Assembly: GCF_009834535.1 (NCBI RefSeq)
Contig: NC_045697.1
Span: 60,018,001 to 60,082,000, forward strand
Direction of reading: 5' to 3'
Length of the DNA stretch: 64,000 nt
Origin: Camelus ferus
Taxonomy: Eukaryota
Under the pieces are notes generated by a model. That model was not told where the DNA came from, made no database searches, and worked only from the letters and a program-made list of their open reading frames with translations. Position numbers and translations under genes: made by a program. Positions within the stretch are counted from its first letter, which is position 1. Each line of letters begins with the position of its first letter. Of the stretch, positions 51,788 to 64,000 are shown piece by piece.

Positions 51788-52000
51788 CAAGGGCCAGCAA
51801 ACTCTGATTGTGAATTAAGACCAGATAATGAATATTTCAGCCTTTGAGGGCTGAGCAGGCTCTGTCACAGCTCCCTGTCACTGCCATTGCAGCTCAAGGT
51901 CAGCTGTAGATCATTGGTAAACAAATGGGCATAAATAGTAGTTTTCCAATAAAAGTTTATATACAGGCATAGGCAGTGGAGTGTATTTTGCCAACTCTTG
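51788..52000 (+). mobile_element. MER58A hAT-Charlie
   Basis: caagggccagcaaact...ccagataatgaatatttcagcctttg...ttccaataaaagtttat...tttgccaactcttg. Confidence 0.85.
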
Positions 52001-52189
52001 ATACAGAGAATGTCCCGTTGCTAAGTGATTCATTATTTTTGAACATTTTTATGAGACTAAATGGAAATTAAATTTTTATTTATTATAAATGGGAAGAGTC
52101 ATGGCATAAACAAAAGCAATCATAATTTTAGTGATTGTCCCCAAAATTATTTTTTCTCTGTTTCTTGTTGGATGAGATTTTTATTTATT

Positions 52190-52420
52190 TATTCAATCCC
52201 TCAATCATTCATCCAACAAACATTTATTAAGTTCTCATTTTGTGTTAAGCCTTGTGCTAAACATTAGGATGTACCTGTGGTTAACCCAAGGAACTGTGGT
52301 CTAGGGAGACATAAAAAGCATATTAAAAAATAACAAATAGTTAATGTGTATTAATTGTTAATAAGTTCTATGAAGACAATAAAAATTGTATGAGACTAAA
52401 TAAGAGGGGCACTCTTTGAT
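52190..52420 (-). mobile_element. L2 3' fragment
   Basis: tcattcatccaacaaacatttattaag...tgtgttaagccttgtgctaaacattagg. Confidence 0.7.
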
Positions 52421-53668
52421 TTAGAAATTAGTGCAAGTTAATACCAACATAATTATCTGAAACACCAGGCTCTCATACCATATAAACTATATTTTTATTT
52501 TGTTATGTGAAAATGTATACAGACTTTTCCAAAGCATAACATAATATGCATTAGGAAATGGGAGTATTATGATAGAACTGTTGTTTTAATTTATGTAAGC
52601 AACCACTAATTCATTAGAATGCCATTCTTAACTGATTATCTAATTTTATACCACTTACTACAATACACATTTTGGGAAATTATGAAAGACAAGAGAAATA
52701 AATACCCATATTTAAATCTATAGTTATACTGCCAATCTTCTTAATATTTCAATTTGCCAGAGCTCCCTTAGATAATTCTTGAGTAGTGAAATTAGTATAT
52801 CTAAGCTTCCTTTAGGCTTGTGATTGAGTCTGACTCTTTCATCTCTGAGTAGACACTGTTTAGGTGTGACCCTTTTGGACTAGTGAGTATTAAAACTGAG
52901 TAATGAGAATTAAATACTAATGGCAGAAAGTAACTCATGAAAAATGCTACTCATCTAATTATGAATGTGCCAGTGGACAGTGAATTTATTTATTGTGCAA
53001 TAAAAGACAGCAAAATGTCCACAAAAGAAAAAAATAATATCTTCACTATAATACATTGATATTCTCCTGGCTGTAAATCAATAAATCACACACTTGATGG
53101 GAAGGGACTCTTTTTTAAGATGCTCTATACTGTTTTTTTTCTTGTAGTTACAGTTCTCTGATCTGCATTATATGATAAAATATATACATAAGAATTTTAG
53201 GAGAATTACATTATTTTTTAGTCCTGATTCAAAGTGAATCATTATGTTGCTGATTGTTCACTTCCAGTAGTGTCCTGGTAAATGCTATTTTCAGAAATGA
53301 AATCTCAGTGGATTGAAAGTAAAATTGACATGTAAAAGAACATCAACAAAAAAATCCCTTCAACTTCCATCAGAGTAGCAGGAGGAGACTACAAGAAAAG
53401 TGAAATGAGAGAGCTCCATTACAGTGATACAATATTTCTAAGCTTTAGCAAACTCAATTACTGTCAGTCAAATGAGACAAATGGGTAAAGTAATCGTGGA
53501 CTCAACTCTGTTGACACTGACTACTACAGCCTAGGAGCTACAACTAAATAATGGTTTGTATCTTAATGCTCAAACACATTTCCCTTGTCAAGAGTAAATA
53601 CGACTGTATTTTTTTCTGTAATTTTCAAGTCAAGCATTGTTTGTGAGCTGAATTTGCCTGGTTTCCTT

Positions 53669-53670
<2 letters not shown>

Positions 53671-53702
<32 letters not shown>
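53671..53702. repeat. (AC)16 microsatellite
   Basis: Perfect dinucleotide run. Confidence 0.97.
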
Positions 53703-53707
<5 letters not shown>

Positions 53708-53719
53708 TTAGAAAGTAAC

Positions 53720-53910
53720 AGCATAATGTGATAAAAAGAACAATAGCAACAGAATCAAAATGGTTTAGCAGGAGTCTGAGATTTGCCACTTACTAGGTAC
53801 ATGGCATTGAAGACAAGTTATCTAATCTCTTTTGTACCTTAATCTTTTCAAGTGTAAAGAGTGAATCTAAATCTATTAGAGGATTTTTATAGAGACCAAG
53901 TGATATGATG
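53720..53910 (+). mobile_element. MIR SINE
   Basis: gcataatgtgataaaaagaac...tttgccacttactagg...acaagttatctaatctcttttgtacct. Confidence 0.65.
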
Positions 53911-54109
53911 AAAATAAAATAACTTATTGTAATAATGATAATAATAAAATTTATAATAAATAAACCATAGTTTTATATGTATAGTAACATATAATTATAT
54001 TTTAAAATTTAGTTTTATTATTATGTAACTTTTCAATGGTGAGATAAGTTTTAGTTTATTTTCATAATTAAATACCTAATCTCCCAGCCACATGAAAGGA
54101 TTATAATTG

Positions 54110-54192
54110 ATTAATTCAGTAATTTTTTTGTTCAGCAAATATTTACTTAGTGCCTACTATGTTCCAGGCATCATTCTAGGCAGCAGAATATA
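54110..54192 (-). mobile_element. L2 3' terminus
   Basis: ttcagcaaatatttacttagtgcctactatgttccaggcatcattctaggc. Confidence 0.8.
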
Positions 54193-54229
54193 TTGGTAAT
54201 TATTAGAAATAATGTTGAAATCTTAGATT

Positions 54230-54585
54230 TATTTTTCATTTGGAAATTTTTATAGTACACTAAAAAATTACAAAAAATACCAACCAGTTTTCATTTATCC
54301 TCCACCTTGAATAAAAATGAATTAGCATTGTTCCATAGTTGTTTGATACACACACATTTATACACATACACACATATATCTGAATCATTTTTAAAGAAGC
54401 TTAGAGATAACATGGCTATTCACTCAATATTTTCAGCATGCATCACCTAAATATTTAACAACATACCAGCTCCCAAGAAAGTTAACAATAATTCTATAAT
54501 GTTTTGTAAAATTCACATCTGCATTCAGGTTTTTGCAGATGTCCCCAAACTGCTTTTCTACATTGTATTTCTAGGATCAAAAATA
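54230..54585 (-). mobile_element. L1MC4/5-like 3' UTR fragment
   Basis: atattttcagcatgcatcacctaa...cccaagaaagttaacaataattct...gtccccaaa. Confidence 0.55.
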
Positions 54586-54592
54586 CCAGAAA

Positions 54593-54646
54593 CTGAACAA
54601 ACTGGGTATAGAGGGAACATACCTCAACATAATAAAGGCCATATAT
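54593..54646 (+). mobile_element. Isolated 54-bp L1 ORF2 RT-region patch
   Basis: Translates LNKLGIEGTYLNIIKAIY; no tail, no TSD and no flanking ORF2. Confidence 0.85.
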
Positions 54647-54859
54647 TGCAAGGTAGCATGTTTGCTATTTTCAAAATCAATAGAAAACGTTTTATACTCT
54701 AAATATCTGAAAACTATTTCTTAAAAGTTTCACTACTTGTTTATTCTTTTAACTTGTCAAAAGTATCTCTTCTGTCTTTTCAGATTGTTCTATGAATAAA
54801 TTTTATTCTGCATGATGAAAAGTCACTCATCAGGGGATAACCGCTTTCTCAGAACCTTG

Positions 54860-55860
54860 GGATAGCTAGTAGAAAACTAGTCAGCCTGACATAAATGGCT
54901 ATAACCCTCAACAAAGTGCATATGAGGCCCTGTTTTTAGACTTTGGACAACTGGCAGAGCAAGACAATAATTCCTGAGAAAAGAACACTTATGAGGTAAA
55001 ATTCGTATTGCCACAGCCCTCTACCTGGGGAGAATTCCTCAAGCACAATAGAAGTTCTGAAATATTTAATTCAGTAATAATAACAACAATAAATATATCA
55101 AAATTGTAGTATGTAGCTGCAACAGTGATTAAAGGCAATGTTTTAATTTAAATCATGGCATTTGAAAAAGTGTGTGTGTGTATATGTGTGTGTGTGTATG
55201 TGTGTGTGTATATATATATATACTGAATCACTTCTCTGTACACAAGAAACTAATGCAACATTGTAAATTAACTATACTTCAATTTAAAAAATGATTACAA
55301 AAGAGATAAAAAACCCAGAAGTGTAAGATCAGTAATCTAAGTTCCTCCTTAGAAGCTAGAAAAAGATAACAAAAAAACCCCAAAATAAGTACCAAAAAAA
55401 TTAAATAAAAAGCCTAAATTTGGGTTTATTAATCTGAAAACCAACAGAAAATGGAGAAAAATAAGAAAGGGTAAATTTGGTAATTTGAAAAAATTAATAA
55501 ACTCCAAACAAGCCTTACAAAAAGAAAACAGAAAACACCAGTTAACAAAGTCACAAATGAAGCAGAGGATATGTTTTTATATCCTACATGTATTGAAGAG
55601 CTAATAAGGAATATGAACAACTATATACCAGTAAATTTCATTACATAAATTAAATGGAACAATCCTTGAAAAATACAAATTTTCATAATCTATGTAAGAT
55701 ATGGCTAGCTCAATGCTTATTAAAGAAACTGAATTTATAATTTAAAAATTTACACAAAAATATTCCAGTATAGATGGTATCACTGATAAACTATATTAAT
55801 CATTTATGAAAGAAATAGTATCAATTTTATACAAACTCAAAATCCAGAAGGAGGAGTACT
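54860..55860 (+). mobile_element. Old L1M 5' UTR piece followed by an ORF2 piece
   Basis: gtttttagactttggacaactggcagagcaagacaataattcctgag (5' UTR); atatcaaaattgtagtatgtagctgc...gaagctagaaaaag...cagtaaatttcattac (ORF2). Confidence 0.7.
55164..55292 (+). mobile_element. L1 3' tip (older cetartiodactyl-type) with (TG/TA)n, nested in old L1 ORF2
   Basis: actgaatcacttctctgtacacaagaaactaatgcaacattgtaaattaactatacttcaat. Confidence 0.8.
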
Positions 55861-55865
55861 TATTT

Positions 55866-56800
55866 TATCAGACAGGGATTGATTAGAGAGAGAAATAGGA
55901 CCCTAATAGTGATGTTACACTGTGAGTTTGGTGTAAGCATCATACCTCACACAGTTGTGAGAGCTGATGAGGAAGTCTTGCTAAGACTTTTGCCTCTGTA
56001 TCTGGTGTTTTACCTGAAGTTGCTGTGAACCAAAACAGAACTAGCCCTGTGGGGAAGCTGGCCACTGACTGAAACATATCAGGGTAACCTGGGCCTTAGG
56101 AAGCAAAACTGGAGCAGACATCTTTCACTACTTACAACATTGATGAAGTAGGTGATCTGCAGTGGAAGCTGGACACTCCACCTTGGAGCAGTACCTGCCC
56201 TGGAAATTGAAGCACTGAAGAAGCAGGTGACTTTGGAACTAAGAGAACCCCAGACTTAGCTATTACACACCAACAAAATAAGCCAGCAGATCAGTAGTAA
56301 CAGGCAACTAAATGTTGCAACAGCAACTGGCACTCTATCAACCTTCAGAACATCATGGCCTTGCTCCATTTTGTCAGCTCCAATCCAGAGTCATATAGGT
56401 AAGGGCATTCTGGAAAATGTAGCTGAAGTGTAGCAATGTTGACACAGAACAAAGTCATACTATCCACTTCTTGGCAATCTGACGTTCATAACCATCTTTT
56501 TTAACTACACTTACAAATAAAGACAACACCAAAACCGTAGTTCTGTATAATGTGATACTGCTATCCCAAATACAGTGAAAACATGCAAATAGCTTCCCCC
56601 CCTAAATAAATATACACTCTCTCTACCCATGTTTAGGTGAGGATCAGTCCTTTTCTACCTGAGTTAGATTCTCTTTTGATGTACTATATTTACAATACTT
56701 AGATAGAAGGTTGACTATAATTGATATCTTACTTTAGCAGGAAGGGAAATGAGATAAAAAAGTGGAAAAATAGTTATTTACTATACACACAAATATAATG
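55866..56800 (-). mobile_element. Old ERVL LTR (about 55866-56460) plus adjoining ERVL internal 3' sequence
   Basis: LTR start on the reverse strand gggcattctggaaaatgtagc...gttgacacagaacaaagtcatac, then tatccacttcttggcaat...caaataaagacaac, as expected for ERVL internal sequence next to the 3' LTR. Confidence 0.65.
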
Positions 56801-57994
56801 AGTTCCTTTATACTAAAAATCATAAAACATTGCTGTGCAAAATAGAAAAGAATCCTTTTCATCTTCTTTAGGTTTCTCCACTTTTGGGTTTTTACTCCCA
56901 CATGACTGGAAGTCTCTTGACAGGAGAGCTGATTTGACTGACTTCTCGACTTTCAGGACTCTGAGAAAATATCCTTCAGATAAATTATTTCTAATCATAA
57001 TTTAAAATATCTTGTCCTCAGCTTCACACTTTCTCATTAAAATCTGCTTGAACCATTTTTGCATTAATCCTAAATTTTAATTGCATCTATTTCTAAGCTT
57101 TCTTGTGTATGCTCTATCAGAGTTGAATGTTATTTTCATGGAGTCAGAAACAATATTTCTTTTGTTAATCACAACAAACCTGGAGTCATACACAATGCCT
57201 GAGACAATTTAGGTTTGCAAATATTTTCTGAAAGGGAGAATCCAAATTCTTCTCCCTAACCTACGTCATATTTGTTTTTCTTCATATATTTTAGGCTTAG
57301 AATCTTTCCACTGGATCAGGCCAGAAGTCTTCTATGACCTCTCCTTACTTGCCTGCTGATTTTAAGCAGTCTTCAAGGCATTAGTTCATTATCCTTACTC
57401 TTGATTGTGCATTTATTTCTCATCTTCTATCTGCCATTGTCTTAGGTCAGACCTCACTATTTCACTCCGATTTTACTCTGTTCACCTACAACTGTTCTTA
57501 CCTATTCTGTTATAATTCCTTAGTCAAACTGATCTCTCCAGCATAGATATTTCTGACTATGCTGTTCTTAAGTCCTTCACTGACTTATTTTAGTCAGTGT
57601 TTTATTCATTCTTGTGCTACGTTCTCACCTTATGACCTCTGTATGATTTGTACTCTTCCTTGTTGTTCTTTAATGTCTTTCTATTTTGCACATACTGTTT
57701 TTTTTTCTGTCTGTATTATATGGTTTTTCCCCAGCCCTTTCTTGGTATGAACAGCTCCTAATTAACACTACATAGGAAGTGACCCTTTGCATACTTCTCT
57801 CCTAGTGTTGCATTATCCAGTGGGTAAGCTATGAGTACCACAAAAAGACAACAGGCAAACAATAGCAAAGTTTTTGAAAGAAATGAAAGTATTTTCTGTT
57901 ATTTTTACTTGATATGTTTGTATATTAGGCATCAAAATATCTAATCTGGAGGGAAATCTTAGTTTTGTTGGAATTCTTATTAATTATTCAAATA

Positions 57995-58170
57995 TAGTAT
58001 AATAATTAAGAGCATATTATCAGGAGTTACATTGTCTAAATTGAAGTCCTGACTCTGCCTCCTACCAGCTGTGCATAACTGTCCTTTACATCCTCATAAA
58101 TTAATCTGTATAAATAATTTAGAATAATGCTAAGTGCATATTAAATGTTCAATAAGTCTTGCCTACATTT
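57995..58170 (+). mobile_element. MIR SINE
   Basis: tagtataataattaagagca...ttgaagtcctgactctgcctcctaccagctgtg...aaatgttcaataagt. Confidence 0.65.
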
Positions 58171-61100
58171 ATTTAAAATTATTAAAGATCTTTTTTTTTT
58201 TTTTAGTTCCAAGCGTCTTCAAGGTTGTAGGTCATGTCTACATCTTATAAGGAAATCCTCTGACAGGCTCTGACAACACTCGGAAATTATTTATTTCATG
58301 CTCCATTGTGGGTTTATTTATTTGGTTCTCCACTAGACATAAGAACCTTGAAGTTCAAATTCTTCCTTCAGTCGGTACAGTTACATAATTTTGCCATTTT
58401 GTCAGCATATATAACTAGCCATTTCACTCATATGTCCATCAGGCAGGACAGGTCCCCCTGGAATGTAGGATGGAAAAATTTTAAAGAGATAAATAAATAG
58501 CATGAAGAAATGGGTCTGATTAAGAAAATGAGGACAATTTTGAGATTGAAGACCATGTTGATAAATAGTAAATTCTGGGAAGACGGTAAGCAAGAGTTCA
58601 GGAAGGGTAGGTAGAGTTAGCGAAGGTCCTCACATTGTCTGCTGAATAAGAATGTGTTGATTTAGAACTGCTTTTTCAGACCAACTTGTCTAGTCCTAGT
58701 TTTACCCTGCTTACTAAAGATGCTCTATTCAGTTTCAGATATCCTGAAGTGCTAAGAAGTATGCATTATCTGCAGTAGATATTTATTAAATTTTGGAAAT
58801 GATATTATTAAGCAGAATTGTTATTTTTCAGTTATTATTTCTCATAAATAATCAAATAAGAAATGAACTGAAATCTTTAAAGCTGTGTCTCTCCTGTCTG
58901 TATTAAATTCTATAGCCCACCATTAAATCCTTCACATTTACTCTTCTGGTTGTTCATGTGATACGCCATCTGCAGATATTGCAGTTGATATTGAGGATTT
59001 ATGTCAAAATGAATAAATAAATATGAACTTGTTAAAAAAAATTGGCAGCGTTTTTGAGCAGAGATTTTTTTTCACAGAAAATGTACACTCTTATAAAAAT
59101 CATGTGAATTAATTTCCTATTTCAAAAAATTATATAATGAACTAAAACATTAAATAATATGCTGACAGTTTATATAAATACATTTATTCTAGTATACTTA
59201 ATTTTGAAAAATAAATAATAATTATAGTTTTGAATTAATTTTGAGTGTGCTATCCTTTGGCAAGCTTAGGACATTATACATTTCCTCTCATTTTTTCTTA
59301 ACTATATGCTATTATTATTTATATAATTTAGTACTGACAGTATTTAAATAGTTTCATGGCTTAACCAAAGTTACAGAATATATCAGTAGAGGAACTGTGT
59401 TTAAAATACCAGGCTTTTTCACTTGCAGGGCTATGTTTAATGTTTATCTTAAGAGTATACATAATCTAAATGCAGTGTTCATTCACTTATCCTCAATAAG
59501 AGGTAATATTCACCAGATAGTTTCACAAAGTATTTTATAGAATGTTTGGTAATTAAGTGTTGATGACTGTCCAGTATTCATTATCATCAGTCATCTCTAA
59601 TGTTAAAATATTTTCACTGACTACAAATTGTGGGGCATAGTGTTTAAGCTCTAGGAACATACATTTTGAGAGAAATGTGCCTCCTTCTCTCTAGATCTAA
59701 GTTGAAAGAAAAAGGATTATGTGTATTAAACAAAGCAAAAATGACAATCCACATAAGCATGCCTATGCTAAATGTATGTCAAAAAGAAATGAGCCCTCTA
59801 AGGATGCTAATGTTCTAGGTGAATACCACTGTAATGAGTTTTTTTTTCTGCTCTACCAAAAAATGAGATGTTAGGGAAGGGGAAAAATAGACAAGAATTT
59901 ATCTCAAGTGAGAAGAATGATATGATAACCACAAAGGCGAGTACAAACTGTTCAAAGTATATATTGAGAAAAGTATAACATAAAAAAGTACAACATAAAA
60001 CAAAAAAAAATCAAAAGATTTTAGTGATGTATTGAAAGAATTTAAGTCAAATATTGACATGACTAAATAATGTTTTAGAGAAAATGCTGCGAAAAGGTAT
60101 GTTAGATGCTAAACTTACTCAAAAAATGTTTTTAAAAGTGTATTTATTAAAAAAAAGATGTTAGATGAATTAGATGGGGTAAGTTGGAGTTAGGAATAAG
60201 TCATTACAGTAAGCTTATAGATGATGGCAGAAGTTTATGGCATTTAGGAAGACAAAATAATCCATAGGTATATGGAATAAGAGATGAAGTATTATTGTAT
60301 GTTGGAGTAAGTGAAGTAACAAGAGTCATTCTATCATTTTGCAGCTGAGTAATAATAAGGATGTCAGCATAGAATCTATATTGTGGGAAAAGATGACAAA
60401 TTGGATGTTAAGTGATCCAGAGGCATCCAGGTATACCATAAAGCTGATGAATGGCACAAAGTTATCTCCACAGAGGTAAGATTTCAAGTTCTATGAATAG
60501 ATAAGCTTCATGAACCAGTAGCTACCCATATAAGGAAAAGCAAGTATACTTGACACCATTTCTGGAGTTCAACATTTATAGTCAGTTGCTAAGTTAAGTG
60601 ATTCACGGATCTTTGGCGTATATGAATACTCACTACATTCCTTACATCGTAACACATGCATACATATATATATATATATATATAAAACACTGGATAATTA
60701 TAAAATCTATCTAATTAACAATTAAGACTTTACCTATAACACATGTAAATATTTTCTCAGCTACCCAAAGATGACTGCAGTAGGACTCATTGTAAATGTT
60801 CCAGTACTTCAAATCAAATATTAATAAGGTTTAATAAGATTAAACAGGAAATGATGCTGGAAACCTAAAACAGACAAGAACTATTGCTACTGTGCTGACC
60901 TTGAACTTTGTAAACATCTAAATTATTACATTTCTTTTATATATTCTGAATCTCTGTTACTTATTTGTAAGCAATAGTTCCCTGGGGGCTTGTATCAAAT
61001 ATTATTGTTAATAATTTCCCAGTTATTAGTACAATGTCTGAAAAAGAGAGGTCGATAATTTTTTTTTGAAGTTAAATAATGTATGACAGAGTGGTTATTA

Positions 61101-63669
61101 CACAAATTAGAATAATATTCTGGGATCTCACATAAGCAACTGGGATCAAGAAACATTGTTTTGACTCCTGGTCATTCTACTTTAAGTTCTCCAGCGTAAC
61201 TGTCCTTGAACAACCCACCTGTCCCCACCACCCCTCATTCTAAATGTTCTTTCTCTTGACTTGGAATATTGTTCATCTATTTACTTGCCTCTCTATGTTC
61301 TAATATCCTTCTGAACTAGCAAGAGGAACCCACTTGCTAGAGTCTTGAGTGTTTATGAGGTAATGCTAAAGATTGTAAGATGCCAAGAAAGTTGACCAAG
61401 ATAAAATGTGAGAATTTCTCCTAGGACTAAAAACAAAAGAAAGTAGTTTTATCCAGTCTTTCCAGATAATATTCCTCTCACACTGCTATCCCATTAAATG
61501 TAATGGGTATTATGTTGGAAGGGGGCTAAACTTTAGAGCATATTGTTTAATATTCTGGCTGGAAGAAAGTCTTGTGAACTGAGTGTTGGTAGAAATTAAA
61601 ATAAAACACATTTGTGACAAACGTAGGGCATTGGATTATTTATGTTCTATGAAGGTCTATCGCTGCATAAGGACAGTAAAACCAAGTTAACAATTGGCAG
61701 TTAAGTTTAATTCTGAGAAATTTCTAGATTTCAAATGGTCATGATTAAAAAAAGGATTATTATATTACCAATAGCAATAAATACTGACAGAATGGATAGA
61801 TAAATGATATTCCAGGTATATGATGAAGGCAGTGTTATCTCACAATTAAGTAATTTGAATAATATCTCAAATTTACAAATCATTGCTTCAGAATCATAGC
61901 ATAGAAGAAAAAATACCAATATCATTAAAGCACCTAGACTGGTGAAAATGAGAAGTTGAATAAATTTATACCTGTAAATTCCTACCATGTACTGAGTTAC
62001 TAGACATCTGATGACATAACCACATCTAACAAGTAACTCAAAAACCTATATATTATGCAGTTTTTATGATTGCCATTTTATCAGTTACATTCCTATCAAA
62101 ATTAATTTAACCAATAAAAATAATGTATCATCTATTATGCTTCATGTTAAATAACCAGTCAGTGGAGATGCTATTATAGAATCTCTTTTGATCATTATAG
62201 TCTTTTTAATAATTTATAAAATCGTGCCAGGGCTTTCAAAGTCCTGAACTAAATTTAAACTACTAAAAATTTTGAGATACCTTCTGAAGCACTTTAGCCA
62301 TTTACACAATTTATGTTACAGCAATAGAATTTTGTAGAAACGAGACTTTAGAAAATAACCTGATATATCTTAAATTAATGGAGAAACAAATAATTTACCT
62401 AAAAAGATATTATTTTAACTTTATGTTTATAGGCTAAATGTGTTACTTAATTGCAATTAGAAAAAATACAAGTTCAAAATATATGTAAATTGGACTATTT
62501 GTTTCTCTTTAAACTTATGCATCAAGATGAAAATCACATTATTCTATGGTTCACCAAAATCATATCTCTCCTAAAGATCAGAGAGTAAAAACAGAACTAG
62601 TTACTATGTTCAGTCATTTTGGTAGAATGTGCCCTTACTTTTTCAGGGGTGCTTCCTTAGTAAGACAGGACATTGCCACTGGTAATGATACCACTATTAT
62701 TCTTACATAATAATTGTTTTTGTGTGATGCAAACTTCTTTTGTCCTTTTGCAACATGAATAGCCACATGTTATTCATCATATGACTCCCTAAATTTACTA
62801 GAGATGTGTTTATTTTTAAGATATTAAATACCATATCTTCATGCTGAAGACTGTAATCACTAAAAGAGTTCATTTAAGCCATAAATTGCTTATTTGTAAG
62901 CAAATGGAGCAAATACACAATTTCAGTTACTGCTTCGGAATACAAACTGAATTGAACTCATGAAATTTTCTGCTTTCTGTAAAACAGAGCAGTATAATGT
63001 TACTGAGCTGCAAGAAAAAACTGCTACCAAGGAAACTTAGTCCAAAACGTATGACATATGCATGTGCACATCCCCCTCAAGATAAAACAGGGATTTAGAG
63101 AAAAAGGAGAAATGGCATGTCCAAAAAAAAGTATGTCCCTGAAGAATACTGAAGGTCAAAACATAACTGATCTGGGACTAGATGGAAAGACAGAATGAGG
63201 TAATTATAGAAGTGGCAAGAGTCAGTTAGGGGACAGCAGGAATGAAGAGGCTGAATGAGAAGGAACTTATGGTTTATAAATTGTGAATTACATTTGGAAA
63301 ATATTCAGTGCTTTGAAATCTAACAGTCATACCTGCTGGCAGGACACATATCCAAAAGTAGTGGTTGCGTTATAGCCATTGTCCACTATATTCCAAACAT
63401 GATTCCTGGTTGTACTGTGTTTTCCCACCTTCTGATATTTGCTAGAATCAGGTCTGAACTTATATTTTTTTGTTATTTTGTTGTTTCCTGCTTTTAGTTA
63501 CCACTAATCAGTCACTTGAGAGAGAAAAAAAAGGTGGTGGAATTTCATGTCTATATATATATGTGTGTGTGTGTGTATATATTTTCTTCCTCTTTATACA
63601 AGAATCTGATAAAAAATGCATTTGTTTACTTGTTATATTCATTCAGTGTGCTTAAAAGATGTCTCTTCC

Positions 63670-63943
63670 AGAATACAAACTTCTAGTTGCCAAGGGGGCA
63701 GAGGGTGGGAAGGGACAGACTGGAATTTCAAAATTTGTAGATACTGACAGGCATATATAGAATAGATAAACAAGATTATACTGTATAGCACGGGGAAATA
63801 TATACAAAATCTTTTGGTAGCTCACAAAGAAAAAAAATGTGACAATGAATATATGTACGTTAATGTATAATTGAAAATTTGTGCTCTACACTGGAATTTG
63901 ACACAACATTGTAAAATGACTATAACTCAATTAAAAAAAAAAA
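63670..63943 (+). mobile_element. Young L1 3' end (about 270 bp) with poly(A) and TSD
   Basis: Homologous to 800-1040; TSD aagatgtctcttcc (63656-63669) / aagatgtctctccc (63946-63959); tt|aaaa endonuclease site at 63652-63657. Confidence 0.95.
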
Positions 63944-64000
63944 GGAAGATGTCTCTCCCTTGCTCTTGCCATTTTATTCCATATGCAGAAAGTTCAGTAA

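Noticed and set aside
61316..61340. Small hairpin ctagcaag...cttgctag
   Set aside because: An 8-bp stem is within chance expectation.
1..64000. CRISPR arrays, operons, tRNA/rRNA/snRNA genes, processed pseudogenes, NUMTs, viral ORFs
   Set aside because: None recognised by eye; the sequence is mammalian non-coding DNA. Highly diverged copies could have been missed.

Overview
AT-rich, CpG-depleted mammalian genomic DNA, either intergenic or deep inside an intron. There is no CpG island and no protein-coding gene I can recognise. The supplied ORFs are chance ORFs or L1/LTR remnants. Much of the window is transposon-derived: old eutherian repeats (MIR, L2, MLT1/ERVL LTRs, MER2, MER20, MER47, MER58, MER63, a Tigger2-type MITE, L1MB/MC/MD) overlaid by several younger L1 generations. 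The young L1 3' ends, and the lack of any Alu, B1, Bov-A/tA, PRE1, Can-SINE or ERE that I can see, suggest a cetartiodactyl, probably a camelid (from memory of consensus sequences, not verified). The best signals concern L1 mechanics: (i) an L1 whose ORF1 and spacer join directly to the ORF2 C-terminus, with a probable 3' transduction; (ii) two independent 5'-inverted L1s that break within about 6 nt of each other in ORF2; (iii) a 5'-intact, 3'-truncated L1 that may come from a prematurely polyadenylated RNA; (iv) a 54-bp orphan L1 RT-region patch; (v) very short L1 3' tips, one with a micro-transduction. Non-TE oddities are a 78-nt hairpin, a recursive-splice-like site and weak candidate exons. 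I found no evidence of a novel multi-gene system. Repeat names were assigned by eye and boundaries are approximate unless TSDs or TIRs are quoted.
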